From Candidatus Hydrothermia bacterium (GTDB taxonomy: Bacteria > Hydrothermota > Hydrothermia > LBFQ01 > DSFT01), in contig JAVVGK010000002.1 of assembly GCA_032249175.1 (NCBI GenBank), positions 1 to 37,921 on the forward strand: a stretch of 37,921 nt of DNA, written 5' to 3'. Position 1 is the stretch's first letter, and the number at the start of each line of letters is the position of its first letter. The notes below the pieces were generated by a model. The model worked only from the letters and a program-made list of their open reading frames with translations. It was not told the DNA's origin and did not search any database. This document shows positions 17,164-25,700 of the stretch, in pieces. A program made the position numbers and the translations under genes.

Positions 17164-17699
17164 AGAAATAAACTATAAAATTTTCTTGGCTCAATAACTT
17201 CAATTCCTAAATCCATAGCTAATTTAATTTGTCCTTCATCAGCAGTTGATAATATCGCTTTTTGCTCAATAGCAAGCAAAATCGTATCTATATCCTCTTT
17301 TGAATCAACAATTCCTTCCCTCATCACTCTTCTGTAATTTTCCCTTAAATAATTTATGGCTTTATCTTTGTCTTCAAATTCCCTAACTGCTTTTTCACTA
17401 ACTCTTAAACCTCTATTTATTCTATCTCTCATTTCGGATAAAAAATTATATAAGATGATTCCAGGAATTTTCACTTTATATCTATTTGGTGTTTTAACTC
17501 TAAAAAATTTTTGAAAATTGTCTGGTATTTTAATAAATGTTGAAATTTCATTTAGTGTGTTTGGTGTTAAATAAACTTTAATTTCTTTATTATTTTTTAA
17601 TTTTTCAATTAACCAATTTATAGCATCTTCTATTGAATTTGAAATTTCTTTAAAGCTATAAGGATTTGTTAAAACACTTGTATCTATTACAATTTTCAT
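17160..17699 (-). CDS. PIN_5/UPF0278 family protein, HARP-type (Homolog of Aquifex RNase P) protein-only RNase P candidate
   Basis: 179-aa ORF. N-terminal IVIDTSVLTNP. Central RINRGLR...LRENYRRVMREGIVDSKEDIDTILLA and STADEG...GIEVIEP. These match my recollection of the Aq_880/HARP family layout and size (about 190 aa). Confidence 0.65.
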   Translation of the reverse strand: MKIVIDTSVLTNPYSFKEISNSIEDAINWLIEKLKNNKEIKVYLTPNTLNEISTFIKIPDNFQKFFRVKTPNRYKVKIPGIILYNFLSEMRDRINRGLRVSEKAVREFEDKDKAINYLRENYRRVMREGIVDSKEDIDTILLAIEQKAILSTADEGQIKLAMDLGIEVIEPRKFYSLFL

Positions 17700-18100
17700 T
17701 AATTATAGGCACAACTATTAGCATATATTTCAACATTTTCAAAAACTTTTAAATTTGCTTTAAAGGTGTCAAGTGTTTCACCTGAGCAGAAATAAGAACG
17801 AGTTTCCTTTATTCCATTTACTTTAACAGAAAATTTAATAATGCCGTTTTCATGACCACTTGGAATACCTATTTTAATTGTATCAAATGTTATTGTTTTT
17901 GAATTTGAGTTTATTGTAGGACCACTTATTGTTAAGTTTCCATCATAGGTAGCATATAATGTCCAATTCTGAACAGTTTGCATAGAATCACTAACATATA
18001 TTTTTCCAGAAACTTTTAAACTATCAACGATAACATATTTTTCACCTTCAGGAGCAGATGAGCAGGCTATCAAAACTATGCTAAATAATATAAATCTCAT
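17699..18100 (-). CDS. Small lipoprotein, unknown function
   Basis: 133-aa ORF with signal peptide and lipobox (MRFILFSIVLIAC|SS). Beta-rich mature part. Located directly downstream of tRNA-Lys. Confidence 0.6.
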   Translation of the reverse strand: MRFILFSIVLIACSSAPEGEKYVIVDSLKVSGKIYVSDSMQTVQNWTLYATYDGNLTISGPTINSNSKTITFDTIKIGIPSGHENGIIKFSVKVNGIKETRSYFCSGETLDTFKANLKVFENVEIYANSCAYN

Positions 18101-18102
18101 AA

Positions 18103-18176
18103 TGGGCCCGCCGGGATTCGAACCCGGGACCCCTGGATTAAAAATCCAGTGCTCTAACCAACTGAGCTACGGGCCC
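18103..18176 (-). tRNA. tRNA-Lys (anticodon UUU)
   Basis: The reverse complement reads GGGCCCG-UA-GCUC-AGUUGGUUA-GAGC-A-CUGGA-UUUUUAA-UCCAG-GGGUC-CCGGG-UUCGAAU-CCCGG-CGGGCCC-A. This is a full cloverleaf of 74 nt with anticodon UUU and no encoded CCA. It is a GC-rich island in AT-rich DNA. Confidence 0.95.
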
Positions 18177-18182
18177 AAGTTT

Positions 18183-18196
18183 GAAAATTTTAAAGC
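18183..18196 (-). promoter_or_regulatory. Promoter-like motif GCTTTAAAATTTTC upstream of tRNA-Lys
   Basis: 6 nt upstream of the mature tRNA 5' end (18176). Because the downstream gene is a tRNA, the motif cannot be a translation signal. Confidence 0.65.
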
Positions 18197-18198
18197 AC

Positions 18199-18882
18199 TT
18201 AAATTACTTTTCCAAATTTTCTTTTTCTTTTTGAATAATCTTCTATTGCCTTTATAAATTCTTCTCTTCTAAATTCTGGCCAGAGTGTTTTTGTAAAGTA
18301 AAATTCTGAATAACTTATCTGCCATAGCAGAAAATTTGAAATTCTATATTCTCCACTTGTTCTAATAAGAAGGTCTGGATCTGGTAGATTTGGGTCATAT
18401 AGAAAATTTCTAAAAGTTCCTTCATCTACAAATTCTAGTTTTGAATTTATAATTTTATTAACCGCATCTAAAATTTCTTGCCTTCCACCATAAGAAAGTG
18501 CTAAATATAATTTTAATTTATTGTTATTTTTTGTTTTTTCAATTGCTTTAAAAAGCTCATTTTTCACATCATTTGGTAAGTAATCTAACCTTCCAATTGC
18601 TTTAATTGAAACACCATTCCTATTCAATTCATCTACTTCATTTTTTAATAGAAATTTTAATAGCTCCATTAAACCTTTAATTTCCTCTTTTGGTCTTTGC
18701 CAATTTTCCGTTGAAAATGAATATAATGTTAAATACTCTATTCCTAATTCTAAGCAAACTCTAATAATTTCTCTAACGGACTCAGAGCCAACTTTGTGTC
18801 CAATTATTCTTGGAAGATTTCTTTCATTAGCCCATCGCCCATTACCATCCATTATAATAGCAATATGCTTAGGAATTTTCAA
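18199..18882 (-). CDS. uppS: Undecaprenyl diphosphate synthase (isoprenyl transferase)
   Basis: HIAIIMDGNGRWA, YLTLYSFSTENW.RP and IRTSGEYRISNFLLWQISYSEFYF are canonical cis-prenyltransferase motifs. Confidence 0.92.
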   Translation of the reverse strand: MKIPKHIAIIMDGNGRWANERNLPRIIGHKVGSESVREIIRVCLELGIEYLTLYSFSTENWQRPKEEIKGLMELLKFLLKNEVDELNRNGVSIKAIGRLDYLPNDVKNELFKAIEKTKNNNKLKLYLALSYGGRQEILDAVNKIINSKLEFVDEGTFRNFLYDPNLPDPDLLIRTSGEYRISNFLLWQISYSEFYFTKTLWPEFRREEFIKAIEDYSKRKRKFGKVI

Positions 18883-19994
18883 TCTACATCCGAATGTTCC
18901 ACTTTTTTAACTTCTTTTCCTTTTAATTTTGAAATAATCATGGGCAATGTTGTGTATTCAAGTTCATCTTCTGGTAATCTTGAAGGCTCAAATATGCCTT
19001 GCCTTCTCATTAAGTTCGCTATTTCATAAGCAATTCTTCTTGGCTCATCAAAAGCAGGGTCATCAAATAAATCTCTTGGTCCAATTAATTTTCCATTTGA
19101 AAGCTGAAATCCAAGAGCTACTACTCTTGGAGGACCATCAAATCTTGATACATTACTTTGATGCATAGCAACCGGCATTAAAGGTCCCATATGTGAGCCA
19201 CGCATCCAACCTTCTACGATAAATGGTCTTGCAAATGGCTCTAATATCTCACCAACTGCTGGAAATCCACTTTGTGCTCTTACAATCATAACTGGATCAT
19301 CCTTTCCAACATATTTACCTGCTATAAGTGATAACTTTTGGCTTGAAGCAACAGCTGCAATTTCTTTATCTTTTCTTCTGAAGACTTTTGTAATTACATA
19401 TCTTGAAATACTTCCTATTAGAGCTAATAAATCATATAAACCTTCTGGTGTTGGAATTCTATAAGTTTCACCTTCTTTAACATCAAGAACTTCAAATTCA
19501 AATCCTTCATGCATTGATGGGTCAATTACCAGTCCTGATGTATTCATAGGATTAGCAAACATTTCATAAAGTGGTATGTTCCAAGCACTTGGAGATGTTT
19601 TATCAGCCATAAATACAATTACTGGCTCGGAAGGTCTTTCATTTATTTCCATTTCAGCAACACCAGGACCCATTCCCTTAACATTTCCACTAAATGCGTC
19701 TGATAATAAATCTTGTCCTGCTCCATATAATTTCAGTTCCTTTGCTACATTCGTTGCCTCTTTAAATGCTTCCCATGCAAGTTTATGAATTTGTTCATTG
19801 TCAGGACCATAATTATGTGTCATTATAAGGTTAATATCATCACCAACTCTACCTACAAAGTAATCTATTATTAACCCCTTATCCTTAGCTGATTGTAGCT
19901 TTTCCTCACAAGCTTCTATAAGCTTTGGATGTGTTGATGAATGTCCTACATAACCACCAACATCAGCTTTTATTACACTTATTGTAATTTTCAT
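18879..19994 (-). CDS. fbp: Fructose-1,6-bisphosphate aldolase/phosphatase (class V FBPase)
   Basis: 371-aa ORF beginning MKITISVIKADVGGYVGHSSTHP, typical of the bifunctional archaeal-type FBP aldolase/phosphatase. Strong SD (AAGGAGG) 6 nt upstream of the ATG. Confidence 0.9.
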   Translation of the reverse strand: MKITISVIKADVGGYVGHSSTHPKLIEACEEKLQSAKDKGLIIDYFVGRVGDDINLIMTHNYGPDNEQIHKLAWEAFKEATNVAKELKLYGAGQDLLSDAFSGNVKGMGPGVAEMEINERPSEPVIVFMADKTSPSAWNIPLYEMFANPMNTSGLVIDPSMHEGFEFEVLDVKEGETYRIPTPEGLYDLLALIGSISRYVITKVFRRKDKEIAAVASSQKLSLIAGKYVGKDDPVMIVRAQSGFPAVGEILEPFARPFIVEGWMRGSHMGPLMPVAMHQSNVSRFDGPPRVVALGFQLSNGKLIGPRDLFDDPAFDEPRRIAYEIANLMRRQGIFEPSRLPEDELEYTTLPMIISKLKGKEVKKVEHSDVD

Positions 19995-20022
19995 TCTTGA
20001 ACCTCCTTTTAAATTAAAGTTT

Positions 20023-20036
20023 GATAATTTTAAAGG
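20023..20036 (-). promoter_or_regulatory. Promoter-like motif CCTTTAAAATTATC upstream of fbp (leadered, with SD)
   Basis: 28 nt upstream of ATG 19994. The leader contains AAGGAGG. The box at 20053-20075 lies 16 nt further upstream. Confidence 0.5.
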
Positions 20037-20052
20037 ATAATAAGTTTTTCCC

Positions 20053-20187
20053 TGTATTGTCCAATAATTCTAAAAGGCTTCGCCATAAAAACTTCGCCCC
20101 CTTAAATTCCCCAAAAAACAATAATTTCCTGAAATTTTTATAAGTTCTTGATAATCAACTACTTAACATCATTTATTAGACAAAGCA
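20053..20187. repeat. Second copy of the repeat element, internally deleted relative to 5618-5837
   Basis: Left box ATTGTCCAATAATTCT. AAGGCTTCGCC and CTTCGCCCCCTTAAATTCCCC segments. Right half TTTTTATAAGTTCTTGATAATCAA..ACTTAACA..ATTTATTAGACAAAGCA is collinear with 5735-5819. Confidence 0.8.
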
Positions 20188-20245
20188 TTTTTCCTATCTT
20201 TTTCGGCAGGTAAGTTTTGCTTCTTGATAGCCATTTTTACTTTGA

Positions 20246-20259
20246 GCTTTAAACTTTTA
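20246..20259 (+). promoter_or_regulatory. Promoter-like motif GCTTTAAACTTTTA
   Basis: 6 nt upstream of ATG 20266. Confidence 0.45.
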
Positions 20260-20265
20260 GCAGTT

Positions 20266-20844
20266 ATGAAGGTTGAAAATTTAGTAAAGCTTTTAAAGGA
20301 AAAAAGAGAGCAAGTTATATTTGTTTTAGGCATTGTTTTGATAGTAATTATTATTTTGATTTATAATAATGCGTCAAGTAAAAGAGTTAGTGCTGATAGT
20401 CAAGTTGCTTTTATTCAAGGTTTTTATGGAATTCAATTTGGTGATACAGCAAATGCTCCAAAAATTTTAATGGAGCTTTATTCAAAGAATAAAAATAATT
20501 TTGTTGGCTTTTGGTCTGGTCTTGTTCTTGCAGATTATTACTACAAACTTGAAAAGAAGGATAATTCTTATACAATTTTAAAGGCAATTAAACCATCTGA
20601 TGAAATTGGTAAAATGGCTTATAAGGTTTTAGAAGCGGATATAAAATCCTCTCCTTCAAACTTAAACATCAAAACTGAATTTAAATCAATAAACAATTAT
20701 CTTACTTATAGGAAAGCCAAGATGCTTCTTGCTAAGGGTAATAAAAAGGAAGCTATTAAATTATTTAGGGAGATACTAAAAGGTGATGATGTTTTTTCCA
20801 ATATGGCAAAGGAAGAGCTTAGAGCATTAGGAGAAAAGCTATGA
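20266..20844 (+). CDS. Membrane-anchored TPR-like protein (YfgM-like architecture)
   Basis: N-terminal basic segment plus one TM (VIFVLGIVLIVIIILIY), then a helical TPR-like region (KAKMLLAKGNKKEAIKLFREIL). ATG 20266 is 6 nt after motif 20246-20259. The ORF-track TTG at 20224 lies upstream of that motif. Confidence 0.6.
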   Translation: MKVENLVKLLKEKREQVIFVLGIVLIVIIILIYNNASSKRVSADSQVAFIQGFYGIQFGDTANAPKILMELYSKNKNNFVGFWSGLVLADYYYKLEKKDNSYTILKAIKPSDEIGKMAYKVLEADIKSSPSNLNIKTEFKSINNYLTYRKAKMLLAKGNKKEAIKLFREILKGDDVFSNMAKEELRALGEKL

Positions 20845-21191
20845 TTTTTAATACCACAAAAATAAAGCTTATTTCAGTACTTTCTTATATTTTTCCATTT
20901 GGATTTATAAATGCTTTGTTGTTTCAAGATTTTGAAAATGATTATGTAAAATTTAATGTTATTCAAGGATTTATTGTAAATTTGCTTTATTTGTGCTTTA
21001 TAATTTTTTACCTTATGATAGCTCTTTTAATAGGACCAATACCTTATGTTGGATATATAAAGAATATCGTTGGTTTTGTTTTTCTTTCAATAAGCCTCTT
21101 TATTACGATAAGGGTGTTTTTTGCGATTTTAGATGAGGAAATATATAAAGTTCCTTTTTTAGGTTTTTTTGTTGAAAACTTTGAAAAGTGA
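20841..21191 (+). CDS. Small 3-4 TM membrane protein (DUF4870-like)
   Basis: 116-aa hydrophobic ORF overlapping the upstream stop. The YVKFNVIQGF segment resembles the conserved H/N-x-x-Q motif of DUF4870 proteins. Family call is tentative. Confidence 0.5.
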   Translation: MIFNTTKIKLISVLSYIFPFGFINALLFQDFENDYVKFNVIQGFIVNLLYLCFIIFYLMIALLIGPIPYVGYIKNIVGFVFLSISLFITIRVFFAILDEEIYKVPFLGFFVENFEK

Positions 21192-21200
21192 GGTAGGACT

Positions 21201-23705
21201 ATGTTTTTAAATAATGAGCGATTTACAGATAAAGCAAAAAGAGCGCTTCTCTCGGCAAGGGAAGAAGCTTTAAGATTTGGAAATGAATATATAGGAACTG
21301 AGCATCTTTTACTTGGGATACTTAATGTTGGCGATAGTATTGCAATTTCTGCACTTACAAATTTAGGTGTTGATATAGAGGAGCTTAGAATGGCTGTTGA
21401 GCATTCAATCCATAGGGGTGAATTTTCAAGAAGAGATTTTTCTGCTGAGCTTCCACTTAATGCTTCATCAAAGAAAGCTATAAATGGTGCTATTGAAGAG
21501 GCAAGAAGAATGGGTCAAACATTTGTTGGACCAGAGCATTTGCTTCTTGGACTGCTAAAAGATAGAAGGTCATTAGCTGCTCAAATTCTTGAAAGTATGG
21601 GTATTGATTATGAAAGTATAAGGCAGGAAATTGTTAGACTTATAAATCAAAATAGATATGAAGAATCTATGGGTTATTCATCTGGTTATAGTTATTTCCC
21701 TTCTTATGAGCAAAGAAGAACAACTACACCACAAGCACCAAGACAATCAAATACAAGAGTTTTAGATAGTTTCTCAATAGATTTAACACAATTAGCAAGA
21801 GAGGGGAAATTAGACCCTGTTATTGGTAGAGAAGAAGAGATTGAAAGAGTTATTCAAGTTCTTTCAAGAAGAAAGAAAAATAATCCTGTTTTAATTGGTG
21901 AGCCTGGTGTTGGTAAAACTGCTATTGTTGAAGGTCTTGCCCAAAGAATAGCAAATGATGAGGTCCCTCCTATATTAAGAAATAAAAGAATTGTCGCTCT
22001 TGACCTTGCTGCTATTGTAGCAGGAACAAAATATAGAGGTCAATTTGAAGAGAGAATAAAAGCTATATTAAATGAAGTTATAAATGCTCCTGATGTAATA
22101 CTTTTTATAGATGAGCTTCATACAATGATTGGTGCTGGTGCTGCTGAGGGGGCATTAGATGCTGCTAACATTTTAAAACCTGCACTTGCAAGAGGACAAA
22201 TAAGACTTATTGGTGCTACTACACTAGAAGAATATAAGAAATATATTGAAAGAGATGGTGCACTTGAAAGAAGATTTCAACCAATAATTATTGAGCCACC
22301 TTCTGTTGAAGAAACCATTAGGATTCTTGAAGGCTTAAAGAGAGAATATGAAGAATATCATGGGGTGATATATACACAAGAAGCTATTGAAGCTGCTGCC
22401 AAACTTTCAGATAGATACATTCAAGATAGATATTTACCTGATAAAGCTATTGATGTTTTAGATGAAGCAGGAGCAATGGTTAAACTCACTAAACAAATTG
22501 ATGACCCAGAATTAAACAAACTTCAAAGAGAATTGGAGCAAATTAGAAAGAGGAAAGCTTTTGCGGTTAGAAAAGAAGAATATAATTTAGCGGAAAAATT
22601 AAAGCAAAAAGAGGAAGAAATTCTTGAAAAAATTAGAAAGAGGAAAATGGAAATAAAAAAAGAAACTGCAGAAGTTAGTTATGAGGATGTTGCTAAGGTA
22701 ATATCAAGATGGACAGGCATACCACTAACTCAAATAAGTTCGGACGAGGAAAGTAAATTATTAAAACTTGAAGAAGAGCTTAAAAAATATGTAATAGGTC
22801 AAGATTATGCTATTAGTTTATTAGCAAAAGCAATTAGAAGAAATAGGGCAGGTATTAAAGATCCTAAAAGACCTATTGGCTCGTTTGTATTTCTTGGTCC
22901 AACAGGTGTTGGTAAAACTGAGCTTGCTAAAAGTTTAGCGAGAGTACTATTTGGAAGTGAGGATGCTCTTATAAGAATAGATATGAGTGAATATATGGAA
23001 AAACATAATGTTTCAAGACTTATAGGTTCGCCTCCTGGTTATGTTGGGTATGAAGAGGGTGGTCAATTAACTGAGAAAGTTAGAAGAAGACCTTATAGTG
23101 TAATTCTTTTTGATGAAATTGAAAAGGCTCATCCTGATGTATTTAATATATTGCTTCAAATCCTTGAAGATGGAATACTAACTGATGGACTTGGAAGAAC
23201 AGTCAGTTTTAGAAATACAATTATAATAATGACATCAAATATAGGAACAAAGCAAATTAGAGAAACAAAACACTTGGGTTTTTCAGTAAAGGAAGAAAAG
23301 GAACTTGATTATAATGAGCTTGAAAAAATGTTAAAAGATGAATTTAAAAAAGTAGTTTCTCCTGAATTTCTAAATAGAATAGATGAGATTATTGTTTTTA
23401 GACCATTGAATAAAGAAGACTTAAAGAGAATTATTGAAGTAATGTTAAGAGATTTAAGGGAAAGATTGAAAGAAAAGCATATTACTATTAGAGTTTCTGA
23501 TAGATTAAAGGAATTTTTAGTTAATCAAAGTTATGACCCTGAATTCGGTGCAAGACCTTTAAGAAGAGCTATAAGAAAATATATAGAAGAGCCAATAAGT
23601 GAAGCAATAATAAAAGGAGAAGTTAAAGAGAACGCTGATGTTCTAATTGATTTAAATGATAATAATGAAGTTGTTTTTAGAACGGATGTTTTAAGTGTGC
23701 TTTAA
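21201..23705 (+). CDS. clpC: ATP-dependent Clp protease ATP-binding subunit ClpC (class I AAA+ with two Clp_N repeats, short M-domain)
   Basis: 834-aa ORF. Clp_N repeats ([11 protein letters not shown] / [11 protein letters not shown]). Walker A motifs GEPGVGKT and [11 protein letters not shown]-like coiled segment. GARPLRR sensor motif. SD-like GAGGTAGG upstream. Confidence 0.92.
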   Translation: MFLNNERFTDKAKRALLSAREEALRFGNEYIGTEHLLLGILNVGDSIAISALTNLGVDIEELRMAVEHSIHRGEFSRRDFSAELPLNASSKKAINGAIEEARRMGQTFVGPEHLLLGLLKDRRSLAAQILESMGIDYESIRQEIVRLINQNRYEESMGYSSGYSYFPSYEQRRTTTPQAPRQSNTRVLDSFSIDLTQLAREGKLDPVIGREEEIERVIQVLSRRKKNNPVLIGEPGVGKTAIVEGLAQRIANDEVPPILRNKRIVALDLAAIVAGTKYRGQFEERIKAILNEVINAPDVILFIDELHTMIGAGAAEGALDAANILKPALARGQIRLIGATTLEEYKKYIERDGALERRFQPIIIEPPSVEETIRILEGLKREYEEYHGVIYTQEAIEAAAKLSDRYIQDRYLPDKAIDVLDEAGAMVKLTKQIDDPELNKLQRELEQIRKRKAFAVRKEEYNLAEKLKQKEEEILEKIRKRKMEIKKETAEVSYEDVAKVISRWTGIPLTQISSDEESKLLKLEEELKKYVIGQDYAISLLAKAIRRNRAGIKDPKRPIGSFVFLGPTGVGKTELAKSLARVLFGSEDALIRIDMSEYMEKHNVSRLIGSPPGYVGYEEGGQLTEKVRRRPYSVILFDEIEKAHPDVFNILLQILEDGILTDGLGRTVSFRNTIIIMTSNIGTKQIRETKHLGFSVKEEKELDYNELEKMLKDEFKKVVSPEFLNRIDEIIVFRPLNKEDLKRIIEVMLRDLRERLKEKHITIRVSDRLKEFLVNQSYDPEFGARPLRRAIRKYIEEPISEAIIKGEVKENADVLIDLNDNNEVVFRTDVLSVL

Positions 23706-23711
23706 AATTTC
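23699..23711 (+). promoter_or_regulatory. Promoter-like motif GCTTTAAAATTTC upstream of rpsT
   Basis: Overlaps the clpC stop codon and lies 3 nt upstream of ATG 23715. Confidence 0.55.
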
Positions 23712-23714
23712 AAA

Positions 23715-23981
23715 ATGCCAAAAGTAAAATTATCTGTTAAGAAGAGAGAAAGACAAAATATAAAAAGAAGACTTAGAAATTTATGGTATAAGAAAAGGAT
23801 AAAGGATGCAATAAAACGTTTCCTAAAAGCTAGTTTTGAGCAAAGAAAGGAGATTTTAAAGGAAATATATGAATATGTAGATAAGGCGGTTAAAAGAGGT
23901 GTTATTCATAAAAATAAAGGAGCAAGAATAAAGAGTAAATATGCGAAGTTATGCTTAGAAAAACAAAGCAAAGGGAAGTGA
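23715..23981 (+). CDS. rpsT: 30S ribosomal protein S20
   Basis: 88-aa basic ORF, KKRERQNIKRRLRN...IKDAIKRF. Motif 23699-23711 lies 3 nt upstream with no SD. Confidence 0.85.
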   Translation: MPKVKLSVKKRERQNIKRRLRNLWYKKRIKDAIKRFLKASFEQRKEILKEIYEYVDKAVKRGVIHKNKGARIKSKYAKLCLEKQSKGK

Positions 23982-24334
23982 TTTTGGATATTTTAAAAGA
24001 AAGTAGAAATCATCCTACTGCTGAAGAAATTTATATTAAAGCTAGGATGTTTATGCCTAAGATAAGTTTATCAACAATATATAGAACATTAAAAAATTTG
24101 GTTGATGAGGGGAGGATATTGGAAATAAAATTACAAGGCGAAAATTATTCAAGATATGACTACCCATTAAAAGAGCATCAGCATTTTTATTGTAGGAAAT
24201 GTAAAAGAATTTTTGATATTGATATATCGCTTGATGGTGATTTTGAACTGCCACATAAAGTTGAAGAATTTAGAGCTTTATTTATAGGTGTCTGTAATGA
24301 TTGTTTAAAAGGAGGTTATTATGAGAAGGTATGA
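23951..24334 (+). CDS. fur: Fur-family metalloregulator (Fur/PerR/Zur type)
   Basis: 127-aa ORF. N-terminal winged-helix KQREVILDIL...HPTAEEIY. HQHFYCRKCKRIFDI and C-terminal CNDC metal-binding pairs. Overlaps rpsT by 31 nt and rpsF by 14 nt. Confidence 0.8.
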   Translation: MLRKTKQREVILDILKESRNHPTAEEIYIKARMFMPKISLSTIYRTLKNLVDEGRILEIKLQGENYSRYDYPLKEHQHFYCRKCKRIFDIDISLDGDFELPHKVEEFRALFIGVCNDCLKGGYYEKV

Positions 24335-24608
24335 AAGTATGGTTATTATAGATACGAAAATTGAAGAAAGTGAAAGGTTAAAAACCATAAATAAAATTAA
24401 GGAGTTTATTGAAAAGTCCGGTGGAAAAATTATAAGTTTTGAGGAGTGGGGTAATAGAAAACTTGCTTATCCTATAAAGAAAAGGAATGAAGGATATTAC
24501 ATTTTATTAAAATTTGAAAGTGATAGTAAATTGCCTCTTGCTTTAAGAGATTTTTATAGACTTGAAGAAAATATATTAAGGAGCATTATTGTGAGGGAGG
24601 ATGAATAA
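24321..24608 (+). CDS. rpsF: 30S ribosomal protein S6
   Basis: MRRYESMVII...WGNRKLAYPIKK..EGYY pattern. SD AAGGAGG upstream. Confidence 0.9.
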   Translation: MRRYESMVIIDTKIEESERLKTINKIKEFIEKSGGKIISFEEWGNRKLAYPIKKRNEGYYILLKFESDSKLPLALRDFYRLEENILRSIIVREDE

Positions 24609-25072
24609 TGGCACAACTGAGATTCCCTTATATAAATTCAATAATCCTTTCTGGAAGACTTGTTAATGATTCAAACATTAAAGTTATTCCTACATCAGGA
24701 AAGCAAGTGCTTGAATTTAGAATTGCGACGAACAGAAGGTATATTTTAAATGGAGAAAATAGAGAGGAAACATTGTACATTAATTGTATTTATATGGGTC
24801 AAAGAGTTAATGAATATTCCGAAATTTTAAAAACGGGATTTCCAATAATTGTTGAGGGTCGTTTAAGATATAGGGAATGGACAGATCAGAATAATAATAA
24901 AAGAAGCACTTATGAAATTATTGTTAGTAGAATACACTTATTAGAAAGAAAGGAGCAATTTATTGAAGAGGTTGAGCCACCTCCTGAAGCTGATGAATTA
25001 GAAAAAGAAAAACCATCATTTCAAATGAACTTAGATGAAGAAGAAATAAGTGAGGAAGATATACCGTTTTAA
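24608..25072 (+). CDS. ssb: Single-stranded DNA-binding protein
   Basis: OB-fold N-terminal region with an acidic tail ending EEDIPF (canonical SSB C-terminal tip). Standard rpsF-ssb-rpsR context. SD GGGAGG upstream. Confidence 0.88.
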   Translation: MAQLRFPYINSIILSGRLVNDSNIKVIPTSGKQVLEFRIATNRRYILNGENREETLYINCIYMGQRVNEYSEILKTGFPIIVEGRLRYREWTDQNNNKRSTYEIIVSRIHLLERKEQFIEEVEPPPEADELEKEKPSFQMNLDEEEISEEDIPF

Positions 25073-25086
25073 AAGGGGGTGAAAAT

Positions 25087-25278
25087 ATGAAGAAAGTTAA
25101 AAGAAAAATAGATTGGAAGGATGTTGAATTTTTAAGGCAGTTTATAACACCAAGGGGTAAAATCATGCCAAGAAGACAAACAGGACTTTCTGCTTATGAG
25201 CAAAGGCAATTAGCAAGAGCTATAAAAAGAGCTAGGATTATGGCTTTATTACCATTCGTGGAGGATTACTATCTATGA
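25087..25278 (+). CDS. rpsR: 30S ribosomal protein S18
   Basis: [50 protein letters not shown] is a canonical S18 core. Confidence 0.92.
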   Translation: MKKVKRKIDWKDVEFLRQFITPRGKIMPRRQTGLSAYEQRQLARAIKRARIMALLPFVEDYYL

Positions 25279-25700
25279 AAAAAGTTAAAGTTATTATGAA
25301 TGATGGTAAAATTTTAGAAGTAAAGTACGGATATGCCAATTATCTTATAAAAATGGGACTTGCTCAAATATATAGTGATGCTAAAATGAAGGAAATTGAA
25401 TATCAAAAGAAAGTTTTATTAGAAAAACAGGAAAGACAAAAGAAAAAAGCTCTTGAATTGAAATCAAAATTAGAAAAAGAAAAAATAAGCTTTTTGGTTA
25501 AAGTAGGTGAAGATGATAGGATGTACGGCTCAATTACTAATAAGGATATTGCTGAAAAATTAAAAGAAAAAGGTTATGATATAGATAGGAAATCTATTCT
25601 CCTTGAAGAGCCTATAAGAGCTATTGGTAGTTATACTATTCCTATAAAACTACATCCAGAAGTTATAGCGGAAATTAAGGTTAAGGTTGAGAAAGAATGA
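25275..25700 (+). CDS. rplI: 50S ribosomal protein L9 (divergent N-terminal domain)
   Basis: [12 protein letters not shown] in the N-domain. C-domain [46 protein letters not shown]. Conserved position after rpsR. Confidence 0.85.
   Translation: MKKVKVIMNDGKILEVKYGYANYLIKMGLAQIYSDAKMKEIEYQKKVLLEKQERQKKKALELKSKLEKEKISFLVKVGEDDRMYGSITNKDIAEKLKEKGYDIDRKSILLEEPIRAIGSYTIPIKLHPEVIAEIKVKVEKE

Noticed and set aside
18796-19168. Two plus-strand ORFs (18796-19029, 18947-19168) and a third at 19576-19788, antisense to uppS and fbp
   Set aside because: uppS and fbp are unambiguous, and the antisense ORFs have no independent support.
24057-24254. Minus-strand ORFs antisense to fur, ssb/rpsR (24960-25166) and the nuclease/pyk junction (26073-26255)
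   Set aside because: They lie inside a tightly coupled plus-strand ribosomal-protein operon and look like shadow frames.
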